Assembly (NCBI GenBank): GCA_947475845.1
Contig: CANJMO010000005.1
Span: forward strand, 11,676 to 75,675
Direction: 5' to 3'
Source of the DNA: Caulobacteraceae bacterium
GTDB lineage: Bacteria; Pseudomonadota; Alphaproteobacteria; Caulobacterales; Caulobacteraceae
Length of the DNA stretch: 64,000 bases
The position numbers and the translations under genes were made by a program. Position 1 is the first letter of the stretch. Each line of letters opens with the position of its first letter. Positions 32,121 through 41,607 of the stretch are shown here, piece by piece. The notes below the pieces were generated by a model, which was given only the letters and a program-made list of their open reading frames with translations, made no database searches and was not told the DNA's origin.

Positions 32121-32396
32121 TCACGCCGCTTCACCCGGCGCCAGGGCCTTAAGGGACAACGCATGGACCGGCCCGGCAAGCTCTTCGGCCAGCGCCGTAT
32201 AGACGCAGCGCTGGCGGGCGACGCGGCCCTGCCCCTCGAAAACGGCCGAGACGATCACCACATTGAAATGGCTCTCCCCGCCGGGCGTGGCGCCGGAATG
32301 TCCGGCATGGCGCGCGCTATCGTCGATTACTTCGAGCCGCTCGGGTTGAAAGGCGCTATTGAGTTTGTCGCGGATGGTTTGGGCGATTTGTCCCAT
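32121..32396 (-). CDS. bolA: BolA family protein
   Basis: 91 aa, ..VIDDSARHAGHSG......HF.VVIVS..F.G..RV.RQR.VY is the BolA pattern. Confidence 0.85.
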   Translation of the reverse strand: MGQIAQTIRDKLNSAFQPERLEVIDDSARHAGHSGATPGGESHFNVVIVSAVFEGQGRVARQRCVYTALAEELAGPVHALSLKALAPGEAA

Positions 32397-32449
32397 ACGG
32401 GCTATCTGTCACCTTCTGATTGCGGGGATGTCCCCCGCATACTTTACCG

Positions 32450-33094
32450 ATGAGCAGTCCGTTTCAATACAAGCCTAAATTCGTCGATATCCGCGTCAGG
32501 CCGCCCAAGAAGGGCGAGGCCGAGGCGGAGCGAGATGTACACGCCCTGAAGCCGGGCGAGCGCGCCTGCGACCACTCCGGTTGCCGGGCGCCGGCAACCA
32601 CGCGCGCCCCGAAATCGCGCGAGATGATGGATCAGCACTACTGGTTCTGTCAGCCGCACGCGGCCGAGTACAACCGCAGCTGGGACTTCTTCGCCGGCAT
32701 GAACGAGACGCAGGTGGCCGAGGCCCAGGCGGCGCGCGCCCACGGCGACCGTCCGACCTGGCAGTTCAAGGCGTCGCGCTTCTCGCGCGAGGCGGCCTCG
32801 ATGGCGGCCAAGCGCGGCGAGGGCATGGCCGATCCCCTGGGCGTTCTGGGCGCCAAGGCCAAGCGCAAGCGCGAGCAGGAGGCGGAGCCCCGCTATCTGG
32901 GCAAGCTGGAGCGCATGGCCCTGATCGAACTGGACCTGCACGAGAACGCCGACGGCCCCGCCATCCGCGCCCGCTACACCGAGCTGGTCAAGCGCTGCCA
33001 CCCCGACGCCAACGGCGGCGACCGCAGCGCCGAGACCCGGCTGCAGAAGGTGATCAAGGCCTACAAGACCCTGCAGAAGGCCAAGCTGGTCTAG
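32450..33094 (+). CDS. J-domain protein with N-terminal Cys/His cluster
   Basis: C-terminal J domain ..IRARYTELVKRCHPDANGGDRSAE.RLQKVIKAYKTL. N-terminal CDHSGC..YWFCQPHAAEYN. Start at MSSPFQYKP. Confidence 0.8.
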   Translation: MSSPFQYKPKFVDIRVRPPKKGEAEAERDVHALKPGERACDHSGCRAPATTRAPKSREMMDQHYWFCQPHAAEYNRSWDFFAGMNETQVAEAQAARAHGDRPTWQFKASRFSREAASMAAKRGEGMADPLGVLGAKAKRKREQEAEPRYLGKLERMALIELDLHENADGPAIRARYTELVKRCHPDANGGDRSAETRLQKVIKAYKTLQKAKLV

Positions 33095-33156
33095 CGCTTT
33101 TCCCTCTGTCGCCGGAGGCTTCGCCGCCCTAGGGTCGCCAGGATGCGGAGGCGCCG

Positions 33157-33630
33157 ATGATTGCCCGACTATCCGTTGCAGCGGTCCTGGCCGCCCTGGT
33201 CCTGAATCCGGGCCCGGCGCGGGCGCAGAACATCGTGGTCAATGTCGACGGGCCCTGCGTGATGGGCGTCGGCGGGCGCAATTCGCGCTGCGCCGGCACC
33301 GCCTATATCGCCTTTCCCGCCACCCAGCGGGTCGACTTCGTGGCGGTCACCATCGCCGGGGATTGGATCTTCTCCGGTCACAAGGACGACGCCGCCGAGG
33401 GCGGGCTCTACACCCTGGTGGTCGACGCCCTGACCGGCCCGCGCAAGGCCCGCGCGGCCGCCGAGGGCATGTGTTCGATGGACCTGGCCGACGACAAGGT
33501 GACGGTGCGCAGCATCGACTGCGTGGCGATTACCGAGGCCGACGGCCCGGTCCAACTGCGCGCCTCGGGCATGGTCACCCAGACCGTGGTCAGCCGGCGC
33601 GGTGACGACAGCGCCAAGGGCATCCGCTAA
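33157..33630 (+). CDS. small secreted hypothetical protein
   Basis: Signal peptide MIARLSVAAVLAALVLNPGPARA, 5 Cys, no recognised family. Coding call rests on ORF length and the signal peptide. Confidence 0.5.
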   Translation: MIARLSVAAVLAALVLNPGPARAQNIVVNVDGPCVMGVGGRNSRCAGTAYIAFPATQRVDFVAVTIAGDWIFSGHKDDAAEGGLYTLVVDALTGPRKARAAAEGMCSMDLADDKVTVRSIDCVAITEADGPVQLRASGMVTQTVVSRRGDDSAKGIR

Positions 33631-33646
33631 CACCCGCCGGCCATAG

Positions 33647-33677
33647 AAAAAGGGCGGGCCGTTTGCACGGCCCGCCC
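33647..33677 (-). terminator. intrinsic terminator downstream of degP (bidirectional hairpin)
   Basis: Perfect 10-bp stem GGGCGGGCCG-TTTGCA-CGGCCCGCCC. On the minus strand it is followed by TTTTT. Confidence 0.7.
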
Positions 33678-33699
33678 CCTTCATGGCTGTCCCTCGCGC

Positions 33700-35319
33700 C
33701 TATTTGGCGGCGGGCTTTTCCTCGGCCTTTTCGTCGACCTTGATCGGCACGCCGAGCTGGCGGCCGTCGCGGTAGATGAACACCAGCACGCTGGTGCGGG
33801 CGGCCTTCTTGGCTGCGTCGACCGCGGCGATCACGTCCTGCGGGCTGGTGATGGCGCGGTCGCCCGCTCGGACCAGCACGTCGCCGCGCTTCAGACCCTT
33901 CTTGGCCGCATCGGTGCCGACAGCCACGTTCTCGACCACCGCGCCGCGGACGTCGGCGGACAGGCTGTAGCGGCGGCGGGCCGCCTCATCGAGCGGGCCC
34001 AGCGCCAGACCCATGGCGATCGGACGGGCCGCGGGCGCGGTTTCCGGCGTCGGGGCCCGGTCGTTCTGGCCCTGGCGCTGCGAGCGGGCCAGGTCGGCTT
34101 CGGACGGGCGCTGGCCCGACTTCACCACGATGGTCCTCTGGGCGCCGGCGCGCATCACCACCAGATTGAGGGTGTCGCCGGTATGGGAGGCGGCGACCTG
34201 ACGGGTCAGGTCGGTGGAGTCCTTCACGGGCTTGCCGTTGACCGACAGGACAACGTCGCCCGGCATCACGCCAGCCTTCTCGGCGGGACCGCCGGGAACC
34301 AGTTCGGCGACCAGGGCGCCCTTCTTGCCGGGGATGCCGACGCTGTCGGCGATTTCCGGAGTTACGGCCTGGATCGTCGCGCCGAGATAGCCGCGGGTGA
34401 TCTTGCCGCCCTGGATCAGCTGCGAGGTGATGGAATCGGCCACGTCGGCGGGGATGGCGAAGCCGATGCCGACCGAACCGCCCGAGGGCGAGAAGATCGC
34501 GGTGTTGACGCCGATCACCCGGCCGAACACGTCGAAGGTCGGGCCGCCGGAGTTACCGCGGTTGATGGGGGCGTCGATTTGAATGTAGTCGACGAGGGTC
34601 TCGCCGATGTTACGGCCATAGGCCGAGATGATGCCGGCCGTGGCGGTGCCACCCAGGCCGAAGGGGTTGCCGACGGCGATCACCCAGTCGCCCACGCGCG
34701 GGCGGGCCGAGTTCTCGAAGTTGACGTATGGGAAGTTCTTGCCCTCGACCTTGATCACGGCGAGGTCGGTGCCTTCGTCGCGGCCGACCACCTTGGCCAC
34801 CAGCTCGCGCTCGTCCTTCATCACAACCTTGATGTCGGTGGCGTTCTCGACGACGTGGTTGTTGGTGACGATGTAGCCGTCGGCGGAGATGAAGAAGCCG
34901 GAGCCCGAGGCCATGGCCGAACCGGCGTCGTCGCCGCCGCCGCTGCCGCCGGGGGGCGGGCCGCCCTCATCGTCGTCGTCATTGCCTTGACCCTGGCCCT
35001 GACCGGGACCCGGACGGCCGCGGCCGAACGGGAAGTTGGGCAGGCCCGGGATGCCGCCGCGCGCCGAGCGCTCGACGCGCGAGGTCACGTTGATCGACAC
35101 CACCGCCGGGGACACCCGGTCGAAGATGTCGGCGAAGGACAGAGGCGCGCCCGGAGGCGGCGCGAAGATCGCCGGTCCAGCGGTCTGGATCAGCTTGGGG
35201 CGGACGTTGTCCGCCGCGTTAGCCTGGGGAAAGCGCAGGCCGACTCCCGCAAGAGCCGCCGCCGCCACGCCCGCGCTCGCGATCGCGCCGACAATAAAAC
35301 CCGTCTTGATTGGGGCCAT
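33700..35319 (-). CDS. degP: Do/DegP/HtrA family periplasmic serine endoprotease with two PDZ domains
   Basis: ..TNNHVV..DLAVIKV..GNSGGP catalytic triad context, a Gly/Asp/Gln-rich insert, and two PDZ-like segments. Confidence 0.92.
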   Translation of the reverse strand: MAPIKTGFIVGAIASAGVAAAALAGVGLRFPQANAADNVRPKLIQTAGPAIFAPPPGAPLSFADIFDRVSPAVVSINVTSRVERSARGGIPGLPNFPFGRGRPGPGQGQGQGNDDDDEGGPPPGGSGGGDDAGSAMASGSGFFISADGYIVTNNHVVENATDIKVVMKDERELVAKVVGRDEGTDLAVIKVEGKNFPYVNFENSARPRVGDWVIAVGNPFGLGGTATAGIISAYGRNIGETLVDYIQIDAPINRGNSGGPTFDVFGRVIGVNTAIFSPSGGSVGIGFAIPADVADSITSQLIQGGKITRGYLGATIQAVTPEIADSVGIPGKKGALVAELVPGGPAEKAGVMPGDVVLSVNGKPVKDSTDLTRQVAASHTGDTLNLVVMRAGAQRTIVVKSGQRPSEADLARSQRQGQNDRAPTPETAPAARPIAMGLALGPLDEAARRRYSLSADVRGAVVENVAVGTDAAKKGLKRGDVLVRAGDRAITSPQDVIAAVDAAKKAARTSVLVFIYRDGRQLGVPIKVDEKAEEKPAAK

Positions 35320-35407
35320 CTGTATTCCGTCCTCGTTCCGGCGCGCGTGTCGTCCGCGCGGCCAACGTATTTAACCTAGGGGCGATGTGGTGAGTAAGCC
35401 AACGCTT

Positions 35408-35959
35408 TCAATGTTTGATTGCAACAGTGCTGTCGGCCTTCGTCGGGTTGTTATGCGGCGAAAGCATGTCTGCCGCGCCGAAGTCGATCGCATCCAGAGC
35501 GCGCTGCTCGTCGTCTGACAAGCCCTGATCATCGGCAATCGGACGGCGCGCCCGGGCCCGGGCCCGGGTCCACAGATAGCCGCCACCCGCGGCGATCAAC
35601 AAGAAAGGCGTCAGCCACAGCACGGCGTTGCCGGGGCTGAAGGTCGGTTTCAGCAGGATGAACTCGCCGTAGCGGGCGACCAGGAAGTCGCGGATTTCGA
35701 CGTCGGACTTGCCGGCCACGATCTGCGAACGGACGATCCGCCGCAAATCCCCGGCGATGTCGGCCTGGGAATCGTCGACCGACTCGTTCTGGCAGACGAC
35801 GCAGCGAAGTTGCTGGAACAGATGGCGGGCGCGCAATTCCTGAGCCGGATTCTGCAGGCGCTCCAAGGGGTCGTCGGAAGACGCCCCCATGCACAGGACG
35901 CCGGCCATGACGGCGGCGGCCAGGGCGGCGCCGACCCGGCGATGGCGCGCCTGCCTCAT
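35408..35959 (-). CDS. ccmH: cytochrome c-type biogenesis protein CcmH
   Basis: Last 183 codons of track ORF 35408..37351. LRCVVCQNESVDDS motif and a C-terminal TM helix. ATGA overlap with the ccmF stop. Confidence 0.9.
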   Translation of the reverse strand: MRQARHRRVGAALAAAVMAGVLCMGASSDDPLERLQNPAQELRARHLFQQLRCVVCQNESVDDSQADIAGDLRRIVRSQIVAGKSDVEIRDFLVARYGEFILLKPTFSPGNAVLWLTPFLLIAAGGGYLWTRARARARRPIADDQGLSDDEQRALDAIDFGAADMLSPHNNPTKADSTVAIKH

Positions 35960-37956
35960 TCGGCGGGCTCCAGGCCGGCGGTGCGGGCCGTGGCGGCGCG
36001 AGGCAGGGCGAAGCGCAGGCGGCGGTCGGACAGGGAGATCAGCCCGCCCAGCGCCATCAGGAACGGACCCAGCCAGATCATCCGCGCCCAGGGGTTCCAG
36101 TAGGCGCGCACCAGGTGGGCGATGTCGCCATTGGGCCGCGGACGCGGGTCGCTGAGCACGATGTAGAGGTCCGACAGGCCCTGCATGCAGATGGCCACCT
36201 GCGAGGTGGTCTGGCCGCCGCTGCCCGGATAGACGCGGCGTTCGGGCTGGCCCTCGCAGGCCGCCGCGCCGTTCTTGCTGGCGTGGATGATACCGCGCTC
36301 GGCGGTGTAGTTGGGACCGTCGACGGTGGACACCTTGTCCAGGGTCAGGACGTAGGCGCCGATGTTCATGCGCTCGCCGGCGACCAGGGCCTGGGCGTTC
36401 TCGGCCTTGAAGGCGGTCTCGAAGCAGGCGCCCATGATGAACACGCCCAGGCCGAGGTGGGCCAGGGTGGTGCCCCAGGCGCCGCGCGGCAGACCCTTGA
36501 GGCGGCGCAGGGATTCGGCGCCCGGGACCCGGCCGGCGCGCACGCGCTCGGCCAACTCGGCAAGAGAACCAGCCACCAGCCACATGCCCAGGGCGACGCC
36601 GGCGGAGGTCAGGCCCTTGCGCGGCTGCACCAGGATCATGACCAGCAGGCCCGCGACCACGGCCACGGCGGCGGCGGCCCACAGGCGCTGCAGGGCGCCC
36701 AGAGCATCGCCGCGCTTCCACGCCAGCAACGGCCCGAACGGCACCAGCAGCGCGGTGATGACCATCAGCGGCACGAAGGTCAGGGCGAAGAACTGGGGCC
36801 CGACCGAGATCGGCTCGTTGGTCACCGCCTGGCGGATCAAGGGATAGAGCGTGCCCAGCAGCACCGTGGCGGTGGCAGCGGACAGGAACAGGTTGTTGAT
36901 GACCAGGGCGCCTTCGCGGCTGATCGGGGCGAACAGGCCGCCCCCTTTCAGCTGCGGCGCGCGCCAGGCGAACAGGATGAAGGCGGACCCGGCGGCCAGG
37001 CCGAGGCAGCCTAGCAGGATGGCGCCGCGGGTCGGATCGACGGCGAAGGCGTGGACCGAGGTCAGCACGCCCGAGCGCACCAGGAAGGCCCCAAGCATCG
37101 ACAGGGAGAAGGCGCACAGGGCCAGGAACACGGTCCAGGCGGTCATGGCGCCGCGCTTCTCGGTGACGATGGCGGAGTGCAGCAGGGCGGCGGCGGCCAG
37201 CCACGGCATGAAGCTGGCGTTCTCGACAGGGTCCCAGAACCACCAGCCGCCCCAGCCGAGCTCGTAATAGGCCCAGAACGATCCGAGGGTGATGCCGACG
37301 GTAAGCACGCTCCAGGCGCCCAGCGCCCACGGACGGACCCATCGAGCCCACGCCGCGTCTACGCGGCCTTCAATGAGCGCCGCCATGGCGAAGGAATAGA
37401 CCACCGACATGCCGACATAGCCGGAATAGAGGATGGGCGGATGGATCGCCTGCAGCGGGTCCTGCAGGATCGGGTTGAGCGAATTACCCTCCACCGGAGC
37501 CTGCAACACGCGCACGAACGGCGAGGAGGCGAACACGGCATAGGCCAGGAACAGCACGCCGAGCCCGCCCTGCACCGCCACGGTGGTGGCCTTGAGGTTG
37601 CGCGGCAGGTGGCGGCCGAACAGGATGATCAGCGCGCCGTAGCCGGTGAGGATCAGGTTCCACATCAGCATGGAGCCTTCGTGGCTGCCCCAGGTAGCGG
37701 CGACCTTGTAGAACATCGGCTGGGCGGTATGACTGTTCTCGGCCACGTTGAGCACCGAGAAGTCGGAGCGGATGAAGGCGCTCATCAGGCAGCCGAAGGC
37801 CAGGGCGGTCATTAGAAAGGCGCCGACGCCGGCCCCCTCCCCGCCGCCTTGCAGAACGGCCGAACGGCGCATGCGGCCGACAGCGGAAAGCGCGACCTGG
37901 GCCACCGACAGAGCCAGGGCCAGCATCAGGGCGAAAGAGCCGAGTTCAGCGATCAT
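35956..37956 (-). CDS. ccmF: cytochrome c heme lyase subunit CcmF
   Basis: MIAELGSFALMLAL.., W-rich motif WGGWWFWDPVENASFMPWL. ATGA overlap with the ccmE stop. Confidence 0.95.
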   Translation of the reverse strand: MIAELGSFALMLALALSVAQVALSAVGRMRRSAVLQGGGEGAGVGAFLMTALAFGCLMSAFIRSDFSVLNVAENSHTAQPMFYKVAATWGSHEGSMLMWNLILTGYGALIILFGRHLPRNLKATTVAVQGGLGVLFLAYAVFASSPFVRVLQAPVEGNSLNPILQDPLQAIHPPILYSGYVGMSVVYSFAMAALIEGRVDAAWARWVRPWALGAWSVLTVGITLGSFWAYYELGWGGWWFWDPVENASFMPWLAAAALLHSAIVTEKRGAMTAWTVFLALCAFSLSMLGAFLVRSGVLTSVHAFAVDPTRGAILLGCLGLAAGSAFILFAWRAPQLKGGGLFAPISREGALVINNLFLSAATATVLLGTLYPLIRQAVTNEPISVGPQFFALTFVPLMVITALLVPFGPLLAWKRGDALGALQRLWAAAAVAVVAGLLVMILVQPRKGLTSAGVALGMWLVAGSLAELAERVRAGRVPGAESLRRLKGLPRGAWGTTLAHLGLGVFIMGACFETAFKAENAQALVAGERMNIGAYVLTLDKVSTVDGPNYTAERGIIHASKNGAAACEGQPERRVYPGSGGQTTSQVAICMQGLSDLYIVLSDPRPRPNGDIAHLVRAYWNPWARMIWLGPFLMALGGLISLSDRRLRFALPRAATARTAGLEPAE

Positions 37957-38462
37957 AGGGGAGCGGCGCCCGAGGGGGCGGCGGAGGCGACCGGCTTGCC
38001 GGGGGCGGCTGAGCCCTTCTGCCATTCGCCGGACTTCTTCAGCGAGTCGACCACTTCCTTGGGCATGTATTTCTCGTCGTGCTTGGCCAGCACTTCCTTG
38101 GCGACGAACACACCGTCGCGGTTGAACTCGCCCTGCGCCACCACCCCCTGGCCCTCGCGGAACAGGTCGGGCAGCTCGCCGCGGAAGCTGGTCTGGATCG
38201 AAGAGGCCTGGTCGGCGATGGAGAAGCGCACCTCGCCGTCCGACGCCTTGATCACGCTGCCGGGGGCCACCAGCCCGCCCAGGCGCACGACTTGTCCGGC
38301 CGGCACATGTTTGGTGTGGGCCTCAGTCGGGCCGTAGAAAAACACGATGGCGTTGCGGCTGGCGTTGAGGCTCAGGCCGACGGCCAGCGCCAGGATTGGC
38401 GCGGCGATGGCGACCACCAGCAAGCGGCGGCGGGCCTTCCGGGATTTGGGCAGAATGGGCAT
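37953..38462 (-). CDS. ccmE: cytochrome c maturation heme chaperone CcmE
   Basis: N-terminal anchor, ..VRLGGLV..G.V.F.. and ..VLAKHDEKYMPKEV (heme-binding His). Confidence 0.93.
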   Translation of the reverse strand: MPILPKSRKARRRLLVVAIAAPILALAVGLSLNASRNAIVFFYGPTEAHTKHVPAGQVVRLGGLVAPGSVIKASDGEVRFSIADQASSIQTSFRGELPDLFREGQGVVAQGEFNRDGVFVAKEVLAKHDEKYMPKEVVDSLKKSGEWQKGSAAPGKPVASAAPSGAAPL

Positions 38463-38560
38463 CGGCTCAGACTATTATGCTTTTGTGGCCAAATCGGCGC
38501 GTTTCGTTTCCTCGCGTGGACTCTACAGATGGGCCCCCACCGCCCCTTACGCTAGCGCGC

Positions 38561-39712
38561 CTACTGACCCCCGGCCATGGCGTTGTCGATGATCTTCAGG
38601 TCCGCCGGACGGTTCTTGAAGACCTTATGCGCCTCGTCCAGCGCCGTCTGCATCTTGTCGGCTTCGCCCAGCACCGCATAGGAGCGGATCAGGCGGGCCC
38701 AGCCGGCCGGATCGTCGGGCATATCCTTCAGCCGTTGCGCCAACTTGGCCACCATCGAGATGATGAAGGCGCGCTGCTCGGTTCCCTCGGCGGGGATGCC
38801 GCCGGCCTGGGCGTCGGGCGCCGGCGCGGCCTGGGCCTGCTGCTGCTCGGGCGAAGGCGTCGCGACCAGATGGCCGGCTTTTTCCGTCGCCGCGATCTCC
38901 ATATCCAGGGTCTTGCGTTCCTCGCCCTCGGGCAGCTCGGCGAGCAGGGTGCGCCATTCGGCCAGACCGGCGGCGACCTCGCCCTTGGCGACCTTGGCCC
39001 GGCCCAGGTGATAACGGGCCGGCGCGTTGGAGGGATCGACGGCCAGGGCTTTGGTGAAGGCGTCGGTGGAGGCGGCGGTCTCCTGGCCCTGCGACTGCAT
39101 CACCAGAAGCTGGCCGAGGTTGGTCCACAGTTCCGCCTGCTGCGGGGCCAGGCGGGTGGCCTTGCGCAGGGTCTCGGTGGCGGCGGGCAGGTTGCCGGCG
39201 ACCGCCTGGGCCCTGGCCAGGAAGGCGAGCGGCTCGACGTCGGTGGGGCGCTGCTTGACGATGGTCTGCAGCACCGCGGCCATGCGCTGGGGGTCTAGCT
39301 GGCTGGGATCGGAGGCGACCCAGGCCTTCAGCCGCTCGGCGAAAGGCTGATCGGCCTCGCCGGGCTTGCCCAGATAGACGTACAGCCCGACCGCCAGCAG
39401 GGGCGCGATCAGCGCGCCGGCCAGCACGGCCATGCGCATGGGCCGCGAGACGGCGGGAGCGGGCGTCTCCACGGTGGTGGAGGTTTCGGCGGCGTGCAGC
39501 AGGCGTCGGGCGGCCTCGGCGCGGGCGACGCGCAGTTCGCCCTCGGCCAGCAGGCCGCGCTCGGCCAGGTCGTCGATCTCGTGCAGCTGGCGGCGGTAGA
39601 TGCCCAGGGTCGGGTCCACGTCGGGACGCCGCGCCGCACCGGCGGCGCGTTGCAGGATCAGGGCCGCGGCAAGCACCGACAGCATCACGGCGGCGATCGA
39701 GAAGGTGATCAT
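38561..39712 (-). CDS. ccmI: c-type cytochrome biogenesis protein CcmI/CycH (TM + TPR)
   Basis: N-terminal TM helix, YRRQLHEIDDLAERGLL motif, second TM helix, C-terminal TPR-like repeats. Sits upstream of ccmEFH, as in the alphaproteobacterial cycHJKL arrangement. Confidence 0.8.
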   Translation of the reverse strand: MITFSIAAVMLSVLAAALILQRAAGAARRPDVDPTLGIYRRQLHEIDDLAERGLLAEGELRVARAEAARRLLHAAETSTTVETPAPAVSRPMRMAVLAGALIAPLLAVGLYVYLGKPGEADQPFAERLKAWVASDPSQLDPQRMAAVLQTIVKQRPTDVEPLAFLARAQAVAGNLPAATETLRKATRLAPQQAELWTNLGQLLVMQSQGQETAASTDAFTKALAVDPSNAPARYHLGRAKVAKGEVAAGLAEWRTLLAELPEGEERKTLDMEIAATEKAGHLVATPSPEQQQAQAAPAPDAQAGGIPAEGTEQRAFIISMVAKLAQRLKDMPDDPAGWARLIRSYAVLGEADKMQTALDEAHKVFKNRPADLKIIDNAMAGGQ

Positions 39713-39885
39713 CGCAACGGCATTAGCGGAAAACCCCGGGCGCGGCGAGAGGCTTATGACGGGTCAACTCAACCAGCCGGATCGGCGGCTTAAGTTGGAT
39801 TTTCTTCGCGCTATCGGCTTGCAGCCTACGTGAGCGTGAAACCTGCGCTCAAGCAGCCGCTAGGCGATAGCGCAATAAAAATGGC

Positions 39886-40487
39886 TCACGCCGCAGCGGC
39901 GCGGCGGCGGACGATCTTGGCGGCGTCCTGGTCCTGGGTCAGGCCCATGAATTCGGCCACCACCTCGAGGTAGGCATGGGCGACGGTGAGGTCCGGCGGT
40001 TCGTCGCTGTGCAGCATGTCGAGGATGTCCTCGAGATAGCTGTCGAGGCCGTGGGTGATCTCCTCGCAGACCTTGGCCCGCACCACGCCGTAGCCGCCCT
40101 GCGAGGCGCACACCCGGGTGCGGTCGAAAAACGCCAGACCGGCCATCGCACGGGCCACATGGCGCGCATCACGGCCGAGATCACCCGCAGGATGGTCCAG
40201 GGTTCGCGCAGGTGGGCCAGCAGGACTTCGATCAGGTAGGGGCCGCAGTCGTCGGAAATCCTGACCGCGTCCTTGTACATCAGGCGCACGGCGGCGGCGT
40301 GGTCGTTGTTCATGTTGCGGATCCACGCCGGCAGGCGATGGACCGCGCTGCGCGCCAGCGGGGTTACCGACAGATAGTGGGACAGCTGCAGGGCGGCCCC
40401 GGGGCGGAAATTGTCCAGATGCTCGATCACGGGGGCGAAGGCGGGATCGCCGCCCCGCAGGCCGGCGGCGGCGGCCAAGCGTGTCAT
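39886..40487 (-). pseudogene. ~200-codon hypothetical gene downstream of cbpA-like gene, split between two frames (1-nt frameshift near 40140..40175)
   Basis: Track ORF 39939..40487 looks protein-like up to ..TILRVISAVMRA. Track ORF 39886..40326 looks protein-like from ARAMAGLAFFDRTRV.. to the stop. The two frames differ by one missing base. Confidence 0.55.
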
Positions 40488-40569
40488 CAGGCCTTGTTGT
40501 AGAGCCTGCGGCCTGAATAGGGCCTGAATGGGCTCGCCGGAGGATTGAGCGGCGCCATTCGGCTTACGG

Positions 40570-41508
40570 TCAAGGTTTTCGGCGCGGGGAATAGGGCCGT
40601 TCCTTGCGCCAGGCCTCGGCGAAGGCTTCCAGTTTCTCGTCCGGCTGGTCCGGCAACGCCACCATCAGCCGGGCCAGCAGGTCGCCGCGCTTGCCCGCGC
40701 CGTCGCCCAGGCCCCGGCCCTTCAGACGCAGGGTCTGGCCGGAGTTGGCGCCTCTGGGCACGGTCAGGGTGACCGGGCCGTCGGGGGTCGGCGCTTCGAC
40801 CTTGCCGCCCAGGACCGCGTCCGGAATGCTGATCGGCACATCCATGACCAGATTGCCGCCTTCGCGTTTGAATACGGCGTGGGTGGCGATCTTCAGCTCG
40901 ATCAGGGCGTCGCCGTGGCCGCCGCGGCTCTGGCCGCCCTGCCCCTTGAGCCGCAGCACCTGTCCTTCGGCGGCGTACTTGGGGATGGTCACGTCCAGGG
41001 TGCGCCCGTCGGAGAAGGCGATCCGCTTGCGCCCGCCCTGGACGGCCTCTTCTACGGCGACCTCGAGGGTGGCGCGCACGTCCTGGCCGCGCTGGGGGCC
41101 GCCAAACGGATCGCCGCCGCCGAAGCCACCACGCGCCTGACCTCGCCCGCCGCCGAACATCTGCGACAGGATATCGCCGAAATCGACATCCTCCTGTCCG
41201 CCGAAGCCGCCCGCGCTCTGGTAGGCGCCGCCGCCGGGCCCCGCGCCGGGGCCGGGACGAAAACCGCGCATGGTTTCGCGCCCGTCGGCGTCGATCTGGC
41301 CCGCGTCGAACTTCTTGCGCTTATCGGCGTCGCCGAGCACGTCGAACGCCGCGCTGATCTTCTTGAAGCGCTCCTCGGCGCCCTTGTTGCCGGGGTTCTG
41401 ATCGGGATGGAATTGCTTGGCCAGCTTACGGAAGGCCTTGCGGATCTCGTCCGCGCTCGCCGACCGCGAGACACCCAGTTCCTGATACGGATCGCCAGCC
41501 AAGTCCAA
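40570..41508 (-). CDS. cbpA: CbpA-like DnaJ-family co-chaperone (J domain + Gly-rich linker + DnaJ C-terminal domains, no zinc finger)
   Basis: DPYQELGVSRSASADEIRKAFRKLAKQFHPDQNPGN.., G/F-rich linker, two CTD repeats. Confidence 0.85.
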   Translation of the reverse strand: MDLAGDPYQELGVSRSASADEIRKAFRKLAKQFHPDQNPGNKGAEERFKKISAAFDVLGDADKRKKFDAGQIDADGRETMRGFRPGPGAGPGGGAYQSAGGFGGQEDVDFGDILSQMFGGGRGQARGGFGGGDPFGGPQRGQDVRATLEVAVEEAVQGGRKRIAFSDGRTLDVTIPKYAAEGQVLRLKGQGGQSRGGHGDALIELKIATHAVFKREGGNLVMDVPISIPDAVLGGKVEAPTPDGPVTLTVPRGANSGQTLRLKGRGLGDGAGKRGDLLARLMVALPDQPDEKLEAFAEAWRKERPYSPRRKP

Positions 41509-41607
41509 GCCTTCAGATACAAAAGATGCGCGGTTCAGTTAGGCCGCCAGGCGCGATGCGCAAGACTCGCCATTCACACAGCATAGCGCATTGCGCCGCC
41601 GCAAGGT

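Noticed and set aside
35408-37351. 647-aa ORF taken at face value. The same issue applies to 4119..5789, 24665..26077, 46618..48360 and 51975..53876.
   Set aside because: Only the 3'-terminal part is a real gene (ccmH, cytochrome c, transglutaminase, cytochrome c and the OMF lipoprotein, respectively). The upstream extension is an out-of-frame or antisense read-through of the neighbouring gene.
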